DNA of 60,089 bases, taken from contig JACOYL010000014.1 in the NCBI GenBank assembly GCA_016181895.1, forward strand, positions 1-60,089. The letters are read 5' to 3'. Numbering within the stretch: the first letter of the stretch is position 1; the number at the start of each line of letters is the position of its first letter. Shown in pieces: positions 9,456-18,038 of the stretch. The stretch comes from Candidatus Pacearchaeota archaeon. GTDB taxonomy: Archaea > Nanobdellota > Nanobdellia > Pacearchaeales > GW2011-AR1. The position numbers and the translations under genes were made by a program. The notes beneath the pieces are model-generated. The model saw only the letters and a program-made list of their open reading frames with translations, was not told the DNA's origin and did no database searches.

Positions 9456-9983
9456 ATGAAAAAACTAATCTCTGAAAAACTCCCGAGAATTTTGAAAAAC
9501 AAAAGAACTCTTGAAAAGGAGCTCAATGTAAAGATAACAAACTCTGGAAAGGAGATATCAATTTCTGGAGAAAGCGTTGACGAATATGTTGCCGAGAAAG
9601 TGATAGATGCGATAAACCTTGGTTTCCCTCTTTCCGTCGCACTGGAAATAAAATCAGAGGATTTTACATTTGAAGTAATCAACATAAAAGATTACACAAA
9701 AAGAAAAGACATGGGAGCAATCAAAGCCAGAATAATAGGCAAGGAAGGAAAAACACTTAGGACATTGAATAATCTTACTGATTGCAATTTCGAAATTTTA
9801 GGGCATGAAGTCGGAATCATAGGAGATTCGGAAAACATCGAAGCCGCGAGGCAGGCGATTATTTCATTGATTCAAGGCGCAAAACAGGCAAATGTTTATG
9901 CGTATCTTGAAAAGCACCATCCATTGCCTGTTTTTGATTTGGGGTTGAAGGAAGAAAAAAAGAAAAGGAAGAACAAACTTTAA
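9456..9983 (+). CDS. KH-domain pre-rRNA processing protein (Dim2/Pno1-like)
   Basis: AINLGF..., ARIIGKEGKT GxxG KH loop, LIQGAKQANVYAYLE. Confidence 0.92.
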   Translation: MKKLISEKLPRILKNKRTLEKELNVKITNSGKEISISGESVDEYVAEKVIDAINLGFPLSVALEIKSEDFTFEVINIKDYTKRKDMGAIKARIIGKEGKTLRTLNNLTDCNFEILGHEVGIIGDSENIEAARQAIISLIQGAKQANVYAYLEKHHPLPVFDLGLKEEKKKRKNKL

Positions 9984-10009
9984 ATAACGAATTCTATTAA
10001 AATTTTTGA

Positions 10010-10152
10010 GTCCCGGTAGCTCAGACTTTTCCGAGCGCTAAAACGCGAAGAAGGGAGCAATAGGTAGAGCACATGACTGTTAAATTTATGTCCTACTTTT
10101 GGTAGGCTCCACGGAAATCATGGGGTCGTAGGTTCGAGTCCTGCCCGGGACG
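10010..10152 (+). tRNA. tRNA-Asn(GTT) with two introns (about 10025-10060 at 15/16; 10083-10116 at 37/38)
   Basis: Acceptor GTCCCGG/CCGGGAC; anticodon stem CATGA/TCATG; GTAGG-TTCGAGT-CCTGC T arm; both introns form BHB-like junctions. Confidence 0.9.
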
Positions 10153-10188
10153 TTTATCTTTTTCTCCTTACAAAATTTCCTAGAAATT

Positions 10189-10596
10189 TTATCTTTTATT
10201 TTCCCTAAATCCCAAGGCGATGGAATTTATGCAATATCTTTTTCCGCTTGGACATTCTCGGTTTTTCGGATGATTGAAAACATGCCCTAAATGGCTTCCG
10301 CATCTTGCACAAAAAACTTCCGTCCTCGGAATAATCATCCTAAAATCCCTTTTCAATTTTATAGAATTTTTCCTTGCATCGTAAAAACTCGGCCATCCTG
10401 TTCCCGAATCAAATTTTGTCTTTGATTCAAATAATGGATTTCCGCACGCGCCGCAGACATAATTTCCCTTTTTCTTGTTGTAAAGCAGGCTTCCTGAAAA
10501 AGGCCGTTCGGTTCCTTTTTTCCTCATGACATAAAACTGTTCCGGAGAAAGTTTTTCATGCCAATAGTCCTCGTTCTTTTTCAGCTCTTTTTTCAT
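10189..10596 (-). CDS. msrB: Methionine-R-sulfoxide reductase
   Basis: GTERPF, KFDSGTGWPSF, RTEV.C..CGSHLGHVF, RYCINS. Confidence 0.97.
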   Translation of the reverse strand: MKKELKKNEDYWHEKLSPEQFYVMRKKGTERPFSGSLLYNKKKGNYVCGACGNPLFESKTKFDSGTGWPSFYDARKNSIKLKRDFRMIIPRTEVFCARCGSHLGHVFNHPKNRECPSGKRYCINSIALGFRENKR

Positions 10597-10719
10597 ATAA
10601 AGACAACTAATATTTTCTTTATAAAATTTGTCCGCAAATTTTATTATGCAAGAACAAGAAGTTAATTTTATGTAACTTTCCTTTCAATAGAAAAAAAAGA
10701 AGTTTAAAATTATTCTAAT

Positions 10720-11508
10720 TTATCTATGATTAAGGATGTCTTGTACCTCTCGGTTCTTTTTTAAAAAAAGAGTAAAATCAATTGTTTCATAAAATCTCAT
10801 AACATCATGAGCCTGCTCTTCGCTTCTCTTGTCTCCATTAAGCAGTTTTGCTAAAGATTCCAGCCCTTTATCGCTTTGCAACATTTTTATAGCCCATGCA
10901 TCTTGGTCTTCTGCCCTTTCCCTTATGTTTCTGTAAATATCATTTGAAATTTTCCCCCATTCAAGCAATTTATCCCAAGCCCATCCATCAAGCGGAACAA
11001 CAGAATAACTTTTAATTCTAAGTTCTTCCAGAACCTTTACTCCTCGTTCCAACCTGTCGACATAGGACAAGTAATGCTCAATTGTGCCCTTTGCATTTCT
11101 GATTGAAGGCACCCAATAATCCTTCGGAGAAGAACCTTGATTATTCAAATCAGAAACGTGCAAAACTCTTTTTCCTTTCACATTCGCGCCGAGCATCCTT
11201 CCGTCTTTGTAGATTTTTGAATGAGGAGATATCAATGTGACTGCAAGCGGATTTGAGAAATCCCAATCGCGGCTTTCTCCCCCTGAAATAACATTAAATT
11301 TATCTCTCCCAATTTGTTCCGTGACTATGCTACATAAAGATTGTATGGCATAAAAATAAGCCTCTCCGTCTTTTGTAACAGATTCCGCATGCACAAAAAA
11401 GGGGCTGATTTCTCCGGAAGCACAAGGAATAAAAGTGTCTGTAAATTGAAAACCGTCATTTTTAAGAATTAACCCTAGATTTTTTTCCTGCAAATCCCTT
11501 TCAACCAT
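10720..11508 (-). CDS. Type I phosphoribosyltransferase-like protein (PyrE-like, divergent)
   Basis: ASGEISPFF N-terminal motif; VLHVSDLNNQGSS in place of the PRPP loop; VDR motif. Confidence 0.65.
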   Translation of the reverse strand: MVERDLQEKNLGLILKNDGFQFTDTFIPCASGEISPFFVHAESVTKDGEAYFYAIQSLCSIVTEQIGRDKFNVISGGESRDWDFSNPLAVTLISPHSKIYKDGRMLGANVKGKRVLHVSDLNNQGSSPKDYWVPSIRNAKGTIEHYLSYVDRLERGVKVLEELRIKSYSVVPLDGWAWDKLLEWGKISNDIYRNIRERAEDQDAWAIKMLQSDKGLESLAKLLNGDKRSEEQAHDVMRFYETIDFTLFLKKNREVQDILNHR

Positions 11509-11591
11509 CCCCCAATCAAATAAAAATTAATTTATAAAAATTATGAAGATAAAAAGCAATGTTTTTTAATCATCATTTTTCAAATTTAATC

Positions 11592-12920
11592 ATGAAAACA
11601 AAACCAAAAGTCTTGGTCGCGATGTCCGGCGGCGTTGATTCCTCTGTCGCCGCCTTGATGATGAAAAATCGCGGATTCCAAATTCTTGGGGTTTTCATGA
11701 AAAACTATTCTGATTCAAAAAATGATTTTACAGGGGATTGCCTTTGGAAAGACGAACGTAGGATTGCAATGAAAATCGCAGCAAAACTTGGAATTCCCCT
11801 TATCACTTTGGATTTTGAAAAACAATACAAAAAACTCGTGATTGAAAAAATGTTCTCTGATTATAGAAAAGGAATTACCCCAAATCCAGACATTGACTGC
11901 AATCAAAAAGTGAAATTTCCTTTGTTAATCAAAGCAGCGAAAAAACTCGGCTGCGATTTCGTTGCAACAGGGCATTATGCGAGGATAAAAAAAATAGTGA
12001 CAAAGAATGATAACAATAAAATTTCTAATGTAAAAAACAAATTATTTAATAAAAATCACAAAGATTTAATCATTAATTCTCATGGGGCGGGCTGGCGGGA
12101 AGCGAAAAAGTGGAATGAAAAAAAAGTGAAATATCAACTCCTCCGCGCAACCGACGAATCAAAAGACCAGAGTTATTTTCTCTACAGATTAAAGCAAGAT
12201 GAATTGAAGCATTTGATATTTCCAATAGGAGATTACACAAAAAAACAAATAAGAGAAATAGCAAGAAAAAATCATTTCCTGAATTACGACAAAAAATCAA
12301 CAGTAGGAATTTGTTTTGTCGGAAAAGTCAACCTGAAAAAATTTCTTCAGGCTCGGATTGCACCAAAGAAGGGAAAAATCCTGAATCCTCAAGGAGAAAT
12401 CATGGGAGAGCACGACGGAATTTATTATTATACAATAGGGCAAAGAATCGGGATGAGATTTGGAATTGATGTTTCAAAAAAGCATGATGATAAAAACCTC
12501 ATGAAGCGCTGGTATGTCGCAAAAAAAGACGTAAAAAAGAATACCATCATCGCAGCGCCGGAAGGACATCCTTTAAACTACAGAAAGGAAATTTGGCTCA
12601 AAAACCAAAGTTGGATTAATGCCGATGAAATAATTAATACCAAAACAAAAAGGTTAACAAATAAACAAATCATTGATATTAATTTAAATTCTCGCGGGCG
12701 GGCGGGCGAGAATAAGACAAAAAAACAAAATGAAAATTCCAAGAAAATCCTAGCAAGAATCCGTCAAGTAGGAGAATTGCTTTCTGCAAAAATTGAAAAC
12801 AGAAGCGGAAAAATAAAAGTCATTCTCGACAAGGCAATAACAGGAATTTCAGAAGGACAGGCAATAGTTTTATATGATGGAAAAGAAGTCCTCGGCGGCG
12901 GAGAGATTAGATTTAACTGA
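11592..12920 (+). CDS. mnmA: tRNA 2-thiouridylase MnmA (bacterial type) with two in-frame insertions
   Basis: SGGVDSS, TPNPDIDCN, ATGHYAR, KDQSYFL, GICF, YTIGQR, GQAIVLY..LGGG. Confidence 0.95.
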   Translation: MKTKPKVLVAMSGGVDSSVAALMMKNRGFQILGVFMKNYSDSKNDFTGDCLWKDERRIAMKIAAKLGIPLITLDFEKQYKKLVIEKMFSDYRKGITPNPDIDCNQKVKFPLLIKAAKKLGCDFVATGHYARIKKIVTKNDNNKISNVKNKLFNKNHKDLIINSHGAGWREAKKWNEKKVKYQLLRATDESKDQSYFLYRLKQDELKHLIFPIGDYTKKQIREIARKNHFLNYDKKSTVGICFVGKVNLKKFLQARIAPKKGKILNPQGEIMGEHDGIYYYTIGQRIGMRFGIDVSKKHDDKNLMKRWYVAKKDVKKNTIIAAPEGHPLNYRKEIWLKNQSWINADEIINTKTKRLTNKQIIDINLNSRGRAGENKTKKQNENSKKILARIRQVGELLSAKIENRSGKIKVILDKAITGISEGQAIVLYDGKEVLGGGEIRFN

Positions 12921-12961
12921 AAGACAATCAAATTTAAATAAGATATTTTAAATGAAATTTC

Positions 12962-13351
12962 ATGAATGGAATTAATCTTAAAGAATTGGCTAAAAAGAGG
13001 GGAAATGGTTATAGATGTCTTGTTGAAGCAACAATAGACCATGAAATTTGTCCAGAAGATCCTCTTACTGAAACCTTAAGAAAAGGTGCGCAAGGTGTCG
13101 CATATGATTTTTGGGAATATGGTTATGACAGAAGAATGATAGCCATGGTTGTTGAATGGGAAAAAGGATTTGGTTGTGTGTATATAGAAAAATATGTGGG
13201 AAAGAGTAATATTATAAGAGAACCTATAACTGAAATAAAGTTTGTTCGAGAATTTATGCCGAATGAACAAGTGCAAGTAAAAAACCCTCTTCTTGAAAGA
13301 TGTAAATTAACACTTGAAGAATATTTAGAACAACAAAAACAACAATTTTAA
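12962..13351 (+). CDS. Hypothetical protein
   Basis: 129-aa AT-rich ORF. Confidence 0.6.
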   Translation: MNGINLKELAKKRGNGYRCLVEATIDHEICPEDPLTETLRKGAQGVAYDFWEYGYDRRMIAMVVEWEKGFGCVYIEKYVGKSNIIREPITEIKFVREFMPNEQVQVKNPLLERCKLTLEEYLEQQKQQF

Positions 13352-13375
13352 AAACTTCTTCCTCTTTAATAAAAA

Positions 13376-13930
13376 ATGCACCTCAATGACGCGATAAAAA
13401 ACAGAAAAAGCACGAAAAAATTCTCCCACAGAAAACCAGATTGGAGGGATATAATTGAATGTGTTGAAGCCGCAAGGCATGCGCCTCTTGCGGGAGGAAT
13501 TCCAACATTAAAATTTATCTTGGTTTCAGGCAAGGAAAAAATTAACATGATTGCGGAAGCCTGCCAGCAGGATTTTGTCTCGGATGTTCGCTACATTGTT
13601 GCCGTCGCTTCAAATCCTTCTCTTGTAAAAAAATCCTTCGGAGAAAGGGGTGAAATCTATGCAAGGCAACAAGCAGGCGCTGCAATACAAAATTTTCTTT
13701 TGTCAATTGAAGAGAAAAAAATGGCAGCCTGCTGGATAGGACATTTCAATGAAAATCAAATAAAAAGGGAACTGAAAATTCCCGACAATGCAAATTTGGA
13801 AGCAGTCATTCCTGTTGGATATGAATTCAAAAAAGAAAAACCAAGCAAAAAACCTTCCATGGATTTCACTCTGAATTTTGAAAAATACGGGAACAAAAAA
13901 ATGAAGGGGATTAAGAAACTGGATGTTTGA
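13376..13930 (+). CDS. Nitroreductase family protein
   Basis: RKSTKKF, AARHAP, AAIQNFLL, CWIG, IPVGY. Confidence 0.9.
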   Translation: MHLNDAIKNRKSTKKFSHRKPDWRDIIECVEAARHAPLAGGIPTLKFILVSGKEKINMIAEACQQDFVSDVRYIVAVASNPSLVKKSFGERGEIYARQQAGAAIQNFLLSIEEKKMAACWIGHFNENQIKRELKIPDNANLEAVIPVGYEFKKEKPSKKPSMDFTLNFEKYGNKKMKGIKKLDV

Positions 13931-13939
13931 AATAAAAAA

Positions 13940-14171
13940 CGAGTTAATGATAAAACTACCTATCAATTTTTAATTTTTAGAGAAAATTTCTTGAGATAAT
14001 TCTGATAAAAAATTTGTTCGATATTAATTCTTTGTTCATAGGCGGTGATAGTGAGCAAAATTCGTAGTAATTATTTAAAGAGGTTGATGTGCAATCCCAA
14101 TTTTAAAAGTTGATGAAAACTGTTTTTAGTTAAAATCAGTTCTTTGGGTGGTCGGGGGATTAGAGGCGGGG
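13940..14171 (+). repeat. Mosaic intergenic repeat locus
   Basis: GTTAATGA.., GTGAGCAAAATTCG, AAAAGTTGATGAAA, GGGTGGTCGGGGGATTAGAGGCGGGG tail; closest to 54410-54690. Confidence 0.75.
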
Positions 14172-14468
14172 CTAAGAATACAATTTCACTCCATTAAATA
14201 ATTTTGCCGAAATGTTGTATACAAAGGCAAAAATTCCTCCGAGAACAAATCCCAAAACCAAATCCAAAAGAGGCAGGATAATCAATGAATAATAAACCCA
14301 TGAAGAATAATCGCTGATGTAAGGATTAACTGTTGGAAACATTGAATTGGCAACTGAATAAATTATAACCAAAAATATTCCCGTAATCAAGCCGATAAAA
14401 ATTCCAAGGATTGCAGAAAAAATTGCGGCTGAAAGAACACCCACTTTTCTTATCACAACCTCTTGCAT
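14172..14468 (-). CDS. Small two-TM membrane protein (DUF3566-like)
   Basis: IRKVGVLS...YNISAK..NGVKL; SD-like GAAGGTGA before ATG at 14468. Confidence 0.7.
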   Translation of the reverse strand: MQEVVIRKVGVLSAAIFSAILGIFIGLITGIFLVIIYSVANSMFPTVNPYISDYSSWVYYSLIILPLLDLVLGFVLGGIFAFVYNISAKLFNGVKLYS

Positions 14469-14517
14469 CTCACCTTCTTCCATGAAAAATATAAGGGAAA
14501 AGAGTTTAAAAGAATTA

Positions 14518-14690
14518 CGCTCGCCTTTCGGCTCGCTTATTATTAATGGCTTATCATCAGCGTTCCGCACGATGCTTCGCTAATAAAAATTGTTAATCCA
14601 ATATCACTTTAACGTCTGATGCAACTCTCGAATAAACTGGAAAATTCTTCATATTAAAACTTGTTCTCTTGGGCGGAACAAATTTCCAAT
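14518..14690 (+). repeat. Mosaic repeat locus with full head
   Basis: CGCTCGCCTTTCGGCTCGC...GCGTTCCGCACGATGC; inverted homologue at 17970-18030. Confidence 0.8.
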
Positions 14691-14750
14691 TAATCATTAA
14701 AAAATAAAAAGATAACAAAAAATAAAAAAATCAATGGTTGCGGGATTCGT

Positions 14751-14771
14751 AAAAACCGGCTGGCGGTTTTT
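14751..14771 (-). terminator. Hairpin at the ftsZ stop
   Basis: AAAAACCG-GCTGG-CGGTTTTT, followed on the minus strand by T-rich tracts. Confidence 0.45.
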
Positions 14772-15849
14772 ACCTCCAGAATTCAATGCCCAAGTCAGAC
14801 ATTTCTTTCGATGAAGCTGTCGCGTGTTCCTCCGGAGTTTTTCCAAGAACATAAGGGCTTCTGACTCCTGTCATTATCGTGATGACTCTGACTTTTCCGA
14901 CAAATTCCTTGTTGATTCTCGCTCCGATGATTACTTGCGCATCAGGGCTCAAATTTTCAGAAACAGTTCTTCCTATGACGTCGAATTCGTGCAACTGCAA
15001 ATCCGGCCCGCAGGTAATGTGAATCAATGCTCCTGTTGCTCCCCTGTAATCCACGTCAAGCAATGGATGTGTCAATGCCTGGTTCACTGCTTCCATGACT
15101 CTGTTCTGTGTGTCGGCTTCGCCGATTCCAATTACAGCCACTCCACCTCCCCTCATTATTGTTGAGACGTCTGCATAGTCAAGGTTAATCAAACTTGGAA
15201 GAGTGATTGTTTCCACAATTCCCTTGATCATGGTCGAAACCAATTCGTTTGCAACCGCAAAAGCCTGCTCTATAGGCAATTGTCCCGCAATATCCACAAG
15301 TCGATTGTTGTCGAGAACAATGCAAGTGTCGCAAACTTCTCTTAATTCCTGCAATCCGAATTCAGCCTTGTCAATTCTTGCCTTCTCTGCCTCGAAGGGC
15401 ATTGTTACAACTCCGATGACGATTGCTCCTGTTTCCTTTGCAATCTGCGCGACAACCGGCGCTGCTCCTGTTCCTGTTCCTCCACCCATTCCTGCTATCA
15501 CGAAAACCATGTCGCTTGCCGAAAGCGCTTTTTTAAGCTCTGAAAGTGATTCCTTGGCTGCTTCTCTTCCTCTTGTTGCTACTCCGCCTGCTCCCAATCC
15601 TCTCGTAAGTTCCCTGCCAAGAAGAATTTTCTCGTCGGCTTTTGTAACGCTCAAGTGCAATGCATCAGTGTTCGCGGCGTAAACGGTTGCTCCGTTGATT
15701 CCCTTGTTGTAAAGCCACGTAACCGCGTTGGCTCCGCATCCTCCGACGCCGATGACTTTGATGTTCGCCTTTCCCGCCTTCAATTCGTCGAAATTTATGC
15801 TGTGGGTGTCTGTGTTTTTTATTGCCTCTTTGGCAAAATCCAAAACCAT
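14770..15849 (-). CDS. ftsZ: Cell division protein FtsZ
   Basis: GVGGCG.N, GMGGGTGTG signature, INLDYAD; SD GAAAGGAGGT. Confidence 0.98.
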   Translation of the reverse strand: MVLDFAKEAIKNTDTHSINFDELKAGKANIKVIGVGGCGANAVTWLYNKGINGATVYAANTDALHLSVTKADEKILLGRELTRGLGAGGVATRGREAAKESLSELKKALSASDMVFVIAGMGGGTGTGAAPVVAQIAKETGAIVIGVVTMPFEAEKARIDKAEFGLQELREVCDTCIVLDNNRLVDIAGQLPIEQAFAVANELVSTMIKGIVETITLPSLINLDYADVSTIMRGGGVAVIGIGEADTQNRVMEAVNQALTHPLLDVDYRGATGALIHITCGPDLQLHEFDVIGRTVSENLSPDAQVIIGARINKEFVGKVRVITIMTGVRSPYVLGKTPEEHATASSKEMSDLGIEFWR

Positions 15850-16054
15850 ATTAACCTCCTTTCAAAATTCGCATTTTATTTTCCTCTGAAATAAATTCAG
15901 TATTGCTAAACTATCAATAACACTTTTTTAAATGTTTATATGATTCAATCTATAATAAAAAAACAGAATATGTCATTGATTAGTGATGTGAGAATTATTT
16001 TTATAGAAATAAATTACTTAAAAAAGAGCGAAAATTGAAAATTTCAAAGAATAA

Positions 16055-16474
16055 TTAATTTCTTCTGGAAGTGCTTTCAAGATTTTTCTTCGCTCTTTCA
16101 GCAAGCGGATGCAATTCTTCTATCATTTTTTCCCATTCACCGGGAACATAATCAGTTATATCTCTTAATCCATCGCTTCTAGTTGTATCTCTCCATCTAA
16201 ATACTAAATCATTTTGATAATGAATTTCAAAACTGCTGTTGGAATCCCATGCAAGCATACTTTCAATCTTTAATCCTTTGTATTCAAAAACCAAATTGTC
16301 CTCAATAACAACTGGAAGACGTTCTGTAAAAGCTCTTGCAACATCACAAGCATGATGTATCATTGGTTTAAAATATTCAAATGTTTGGCTTAATCTTTCG
16401 CCTTCTAATTCATATTGTCTTAAACCTTCCAACTTAAAAATTTCTCCAGCCAATCTTTCTGATTCTAAATCCAT
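16055..16474 (-). CDS. Hypothetical protein
   Basis: Orphan ORF with ATCACAATAA-TATA promoter. Confidence 0.6.
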   Translation of the reverse strand: MDLESERLAGEIFKLEGLRQYELEGERLSQTFEYFKPMIHHACDVARAFTERLPVVIEDNLVFEYKGLKIESMLAWDSNSSFEIHYQNDLVFRWRDTTRSDGLRDITDYVPGEWEKMIEELHPLAERAKKNLESTSRRN

Positions 16475-16525
16475 CAAAAAATATTAATCAAAATTATTTA
16501 TAAATATTATTGTGATTAAGATGTA

Positions 16526-17191
16526 CTAATCTTTTTCCATCACTTCCGCATTTATTTTTGACTCGTTGCACTGCTTCACAAAGTCTTCCGCATCTTCCTT
16601 TGTTCCTATTATGCTTCCGTAATGCATCGGAATCGCCAAAAAAGGTTTTATTGTCTTGGCGGCTTCCGCCGCTTCGTCTGAATTCATCGTGTATTTCCCT
16701 CCGACAGGAAGAAGCGCGACAAATTTCTTTCCGGCATGATTGTATCCTGTAAGGCTTTGCATTTCATCTATCTTGTCCGTGTCGCCTGCATGATAAATTA
16801 TCACGTCGTTGATTTTCAGAACATAGCCCACCCATCCTTCCTCTTTTGGATGAAATATTTTGTCGACATTGTATGCCGGAATCGTCGAGATTTTTATTTT
16901 TCCGAAGTCGAATTCCTTTCCCGGCTCGGCGATTTCCATCCTAACAGGCAAGGACAGTTTTGTGATTTTGCTCTGGCAGTCCGCGGGCATCAAAATTCTC
17001 GTTCCCTCTTTCACGATTTTGTTCAGGTCTGCAAGGTTACAATGGTCGTAATGGCTGTGTGTTATCAGAATTAAATCCGCCTTTTCGTTTCCTTCTGCTA
17101 TGTTGTAAGGATCTATGTAAATGTTCGCCGAATTCCTGACAAAAAATCCCGCATGCCCGAGCCATTTTATTTCAACATCGTCAATCTTCAT
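16526..17191 (-). CDS. Metallo-beta-lactamase-fold hydrolase
   Basis: WLGHAG, IDP, THSHYDH, YHAGDT, IPMHY; start chosen at ATG 17191 after SD AAAGGAG. Confidence 0.92.
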   Translation of the reverse strand: MKIDDVEIKWLGHAGFFVRNSANIYIDPYNIAEGNEKADLILITHSHYDHCNLADLNKIVKEGTRILMPADCQSKITKLSLPVRMEIAEPGKEFDFGKIKISTIPAYNVDKIFHPKEEGWVGYVLKINDVIIYHAGDTDKIDEMQSLTGYNHAGKKFVALLPVGGKYTMNSDEAAEAAKTIKPFLAIPMHYGSIIGTKEDAEDFVKQCNESKINAEVMEKD

Positions 17192-17322
17192 TATGAAAAC
17201 TCCTTTTGCGATGCTTTGTTTTTGCCGTGTCTCGCAATGCGTATGCGTAATCGCCATGCCAATCGCTTTTTATGCTTGAAAAATTTCTTATTTTTCATAA
17301 TTCAAACAAAATAAAATCCTTT

Positions 17323-17862
17323 TTAAAGATTTTCGATATTTTTCAGAATAAATGCAATCCTTTCTTCAATGGGCATTTGCGGAATTTTTATCAAATAATA
17401 TCCGAGATTCTCGTATGCTCTTGAAATTTCATCATGAATCTCCTGTTGTTCCTTTTTTGTCTCAACTCTCAGCCCGTCGGTTTTGTAAAACCTCAATGGT
17501 TCCAAAATAAATATTCCCTTGTATCTGAAACTTCTCACATAATCAAAATGTTTTTTCGGGAATTTTAATCTGTTTATTTTGTAATAAGCCAAAGAATCTC
17601 CAAATCCCCTGTCGGAAAAACCAATGTCATTATTTTTCAGCAAAAAGTCGTCCTGCAATTTAATTTGATGTTTTAAAACTTCATCTTGAAAAATCTGCCG
17701 GTTAATTTCTTTTATGGATTTTCCAATAAATCTTTTATCGCTTTCCGCGACAACTCTCGCAGCCTCGGGAATTATGTTATATTTCAATTTTCCCAATTCG
17801 TTTACAATAGTTGTTTTCCCGACGCCGGGACCTCCGGAAATCACGAAAATGTTTGTTTGCAT
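17323..17862 (-). CDS. P-loop ATPase/kinase (AAA_28, NadR-like)
   Basis: ISGGPGVGKTT, PEAAR, DRGFGD..AY, R.E; start at ATG 17862. Confidence 0.85.
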   Translation of the reverse strand: MQTNIFVISGGPGVGKTTIVNELGKLKYNIIPEAARVVAESDKRFIGKSIKEINRQIFQDEVLKHQIKLQDDFLLKNNDIGFSDRGFGDSLAYYKINRLKFPKKHFDYVRSFRYKGIFILEPLRFYKTDGLRVETKKEQQEIHDEISRAYENLGYYLIKIPQMPIEERIAFILKNIENL

Positions 17863-17879
17863 CTTTATGTTTTTTTTAT

Positions 17880-18030
17880 TTTTCTCACTCCACTCAGTTT
17901 CGCGAAGTATTACCACCAACTCAATAAATTTTAATGTATAAATATTTTTTGTATTAATTATTTTCTTTGAAGGCATCGTGCGGAACGCCGAATGCAAAAC
18001 AACATCAATGTGCGAGCCTAAAGACGAGCG
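17880..18030 (-). repeat. Mosaic repeat locus in inverted orientation
   Basis: Minus strand: CGCTCGTCTTTAGGCTCGC...GGCGTTCCGCACGATGCC...ATTAATAC..CATTAA..GAGTTGGTGGT..CTTCGCGA. Confidence 0.75.
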
Positions 18031-18038
18031 TTTAATAC

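Noticed and set aside
14469-17997. Extended N-termini predicted at 14570, 17257 and 17997
   Set aside because: They run through repeat or leader sequence; downstream ATGs fit the family starts better
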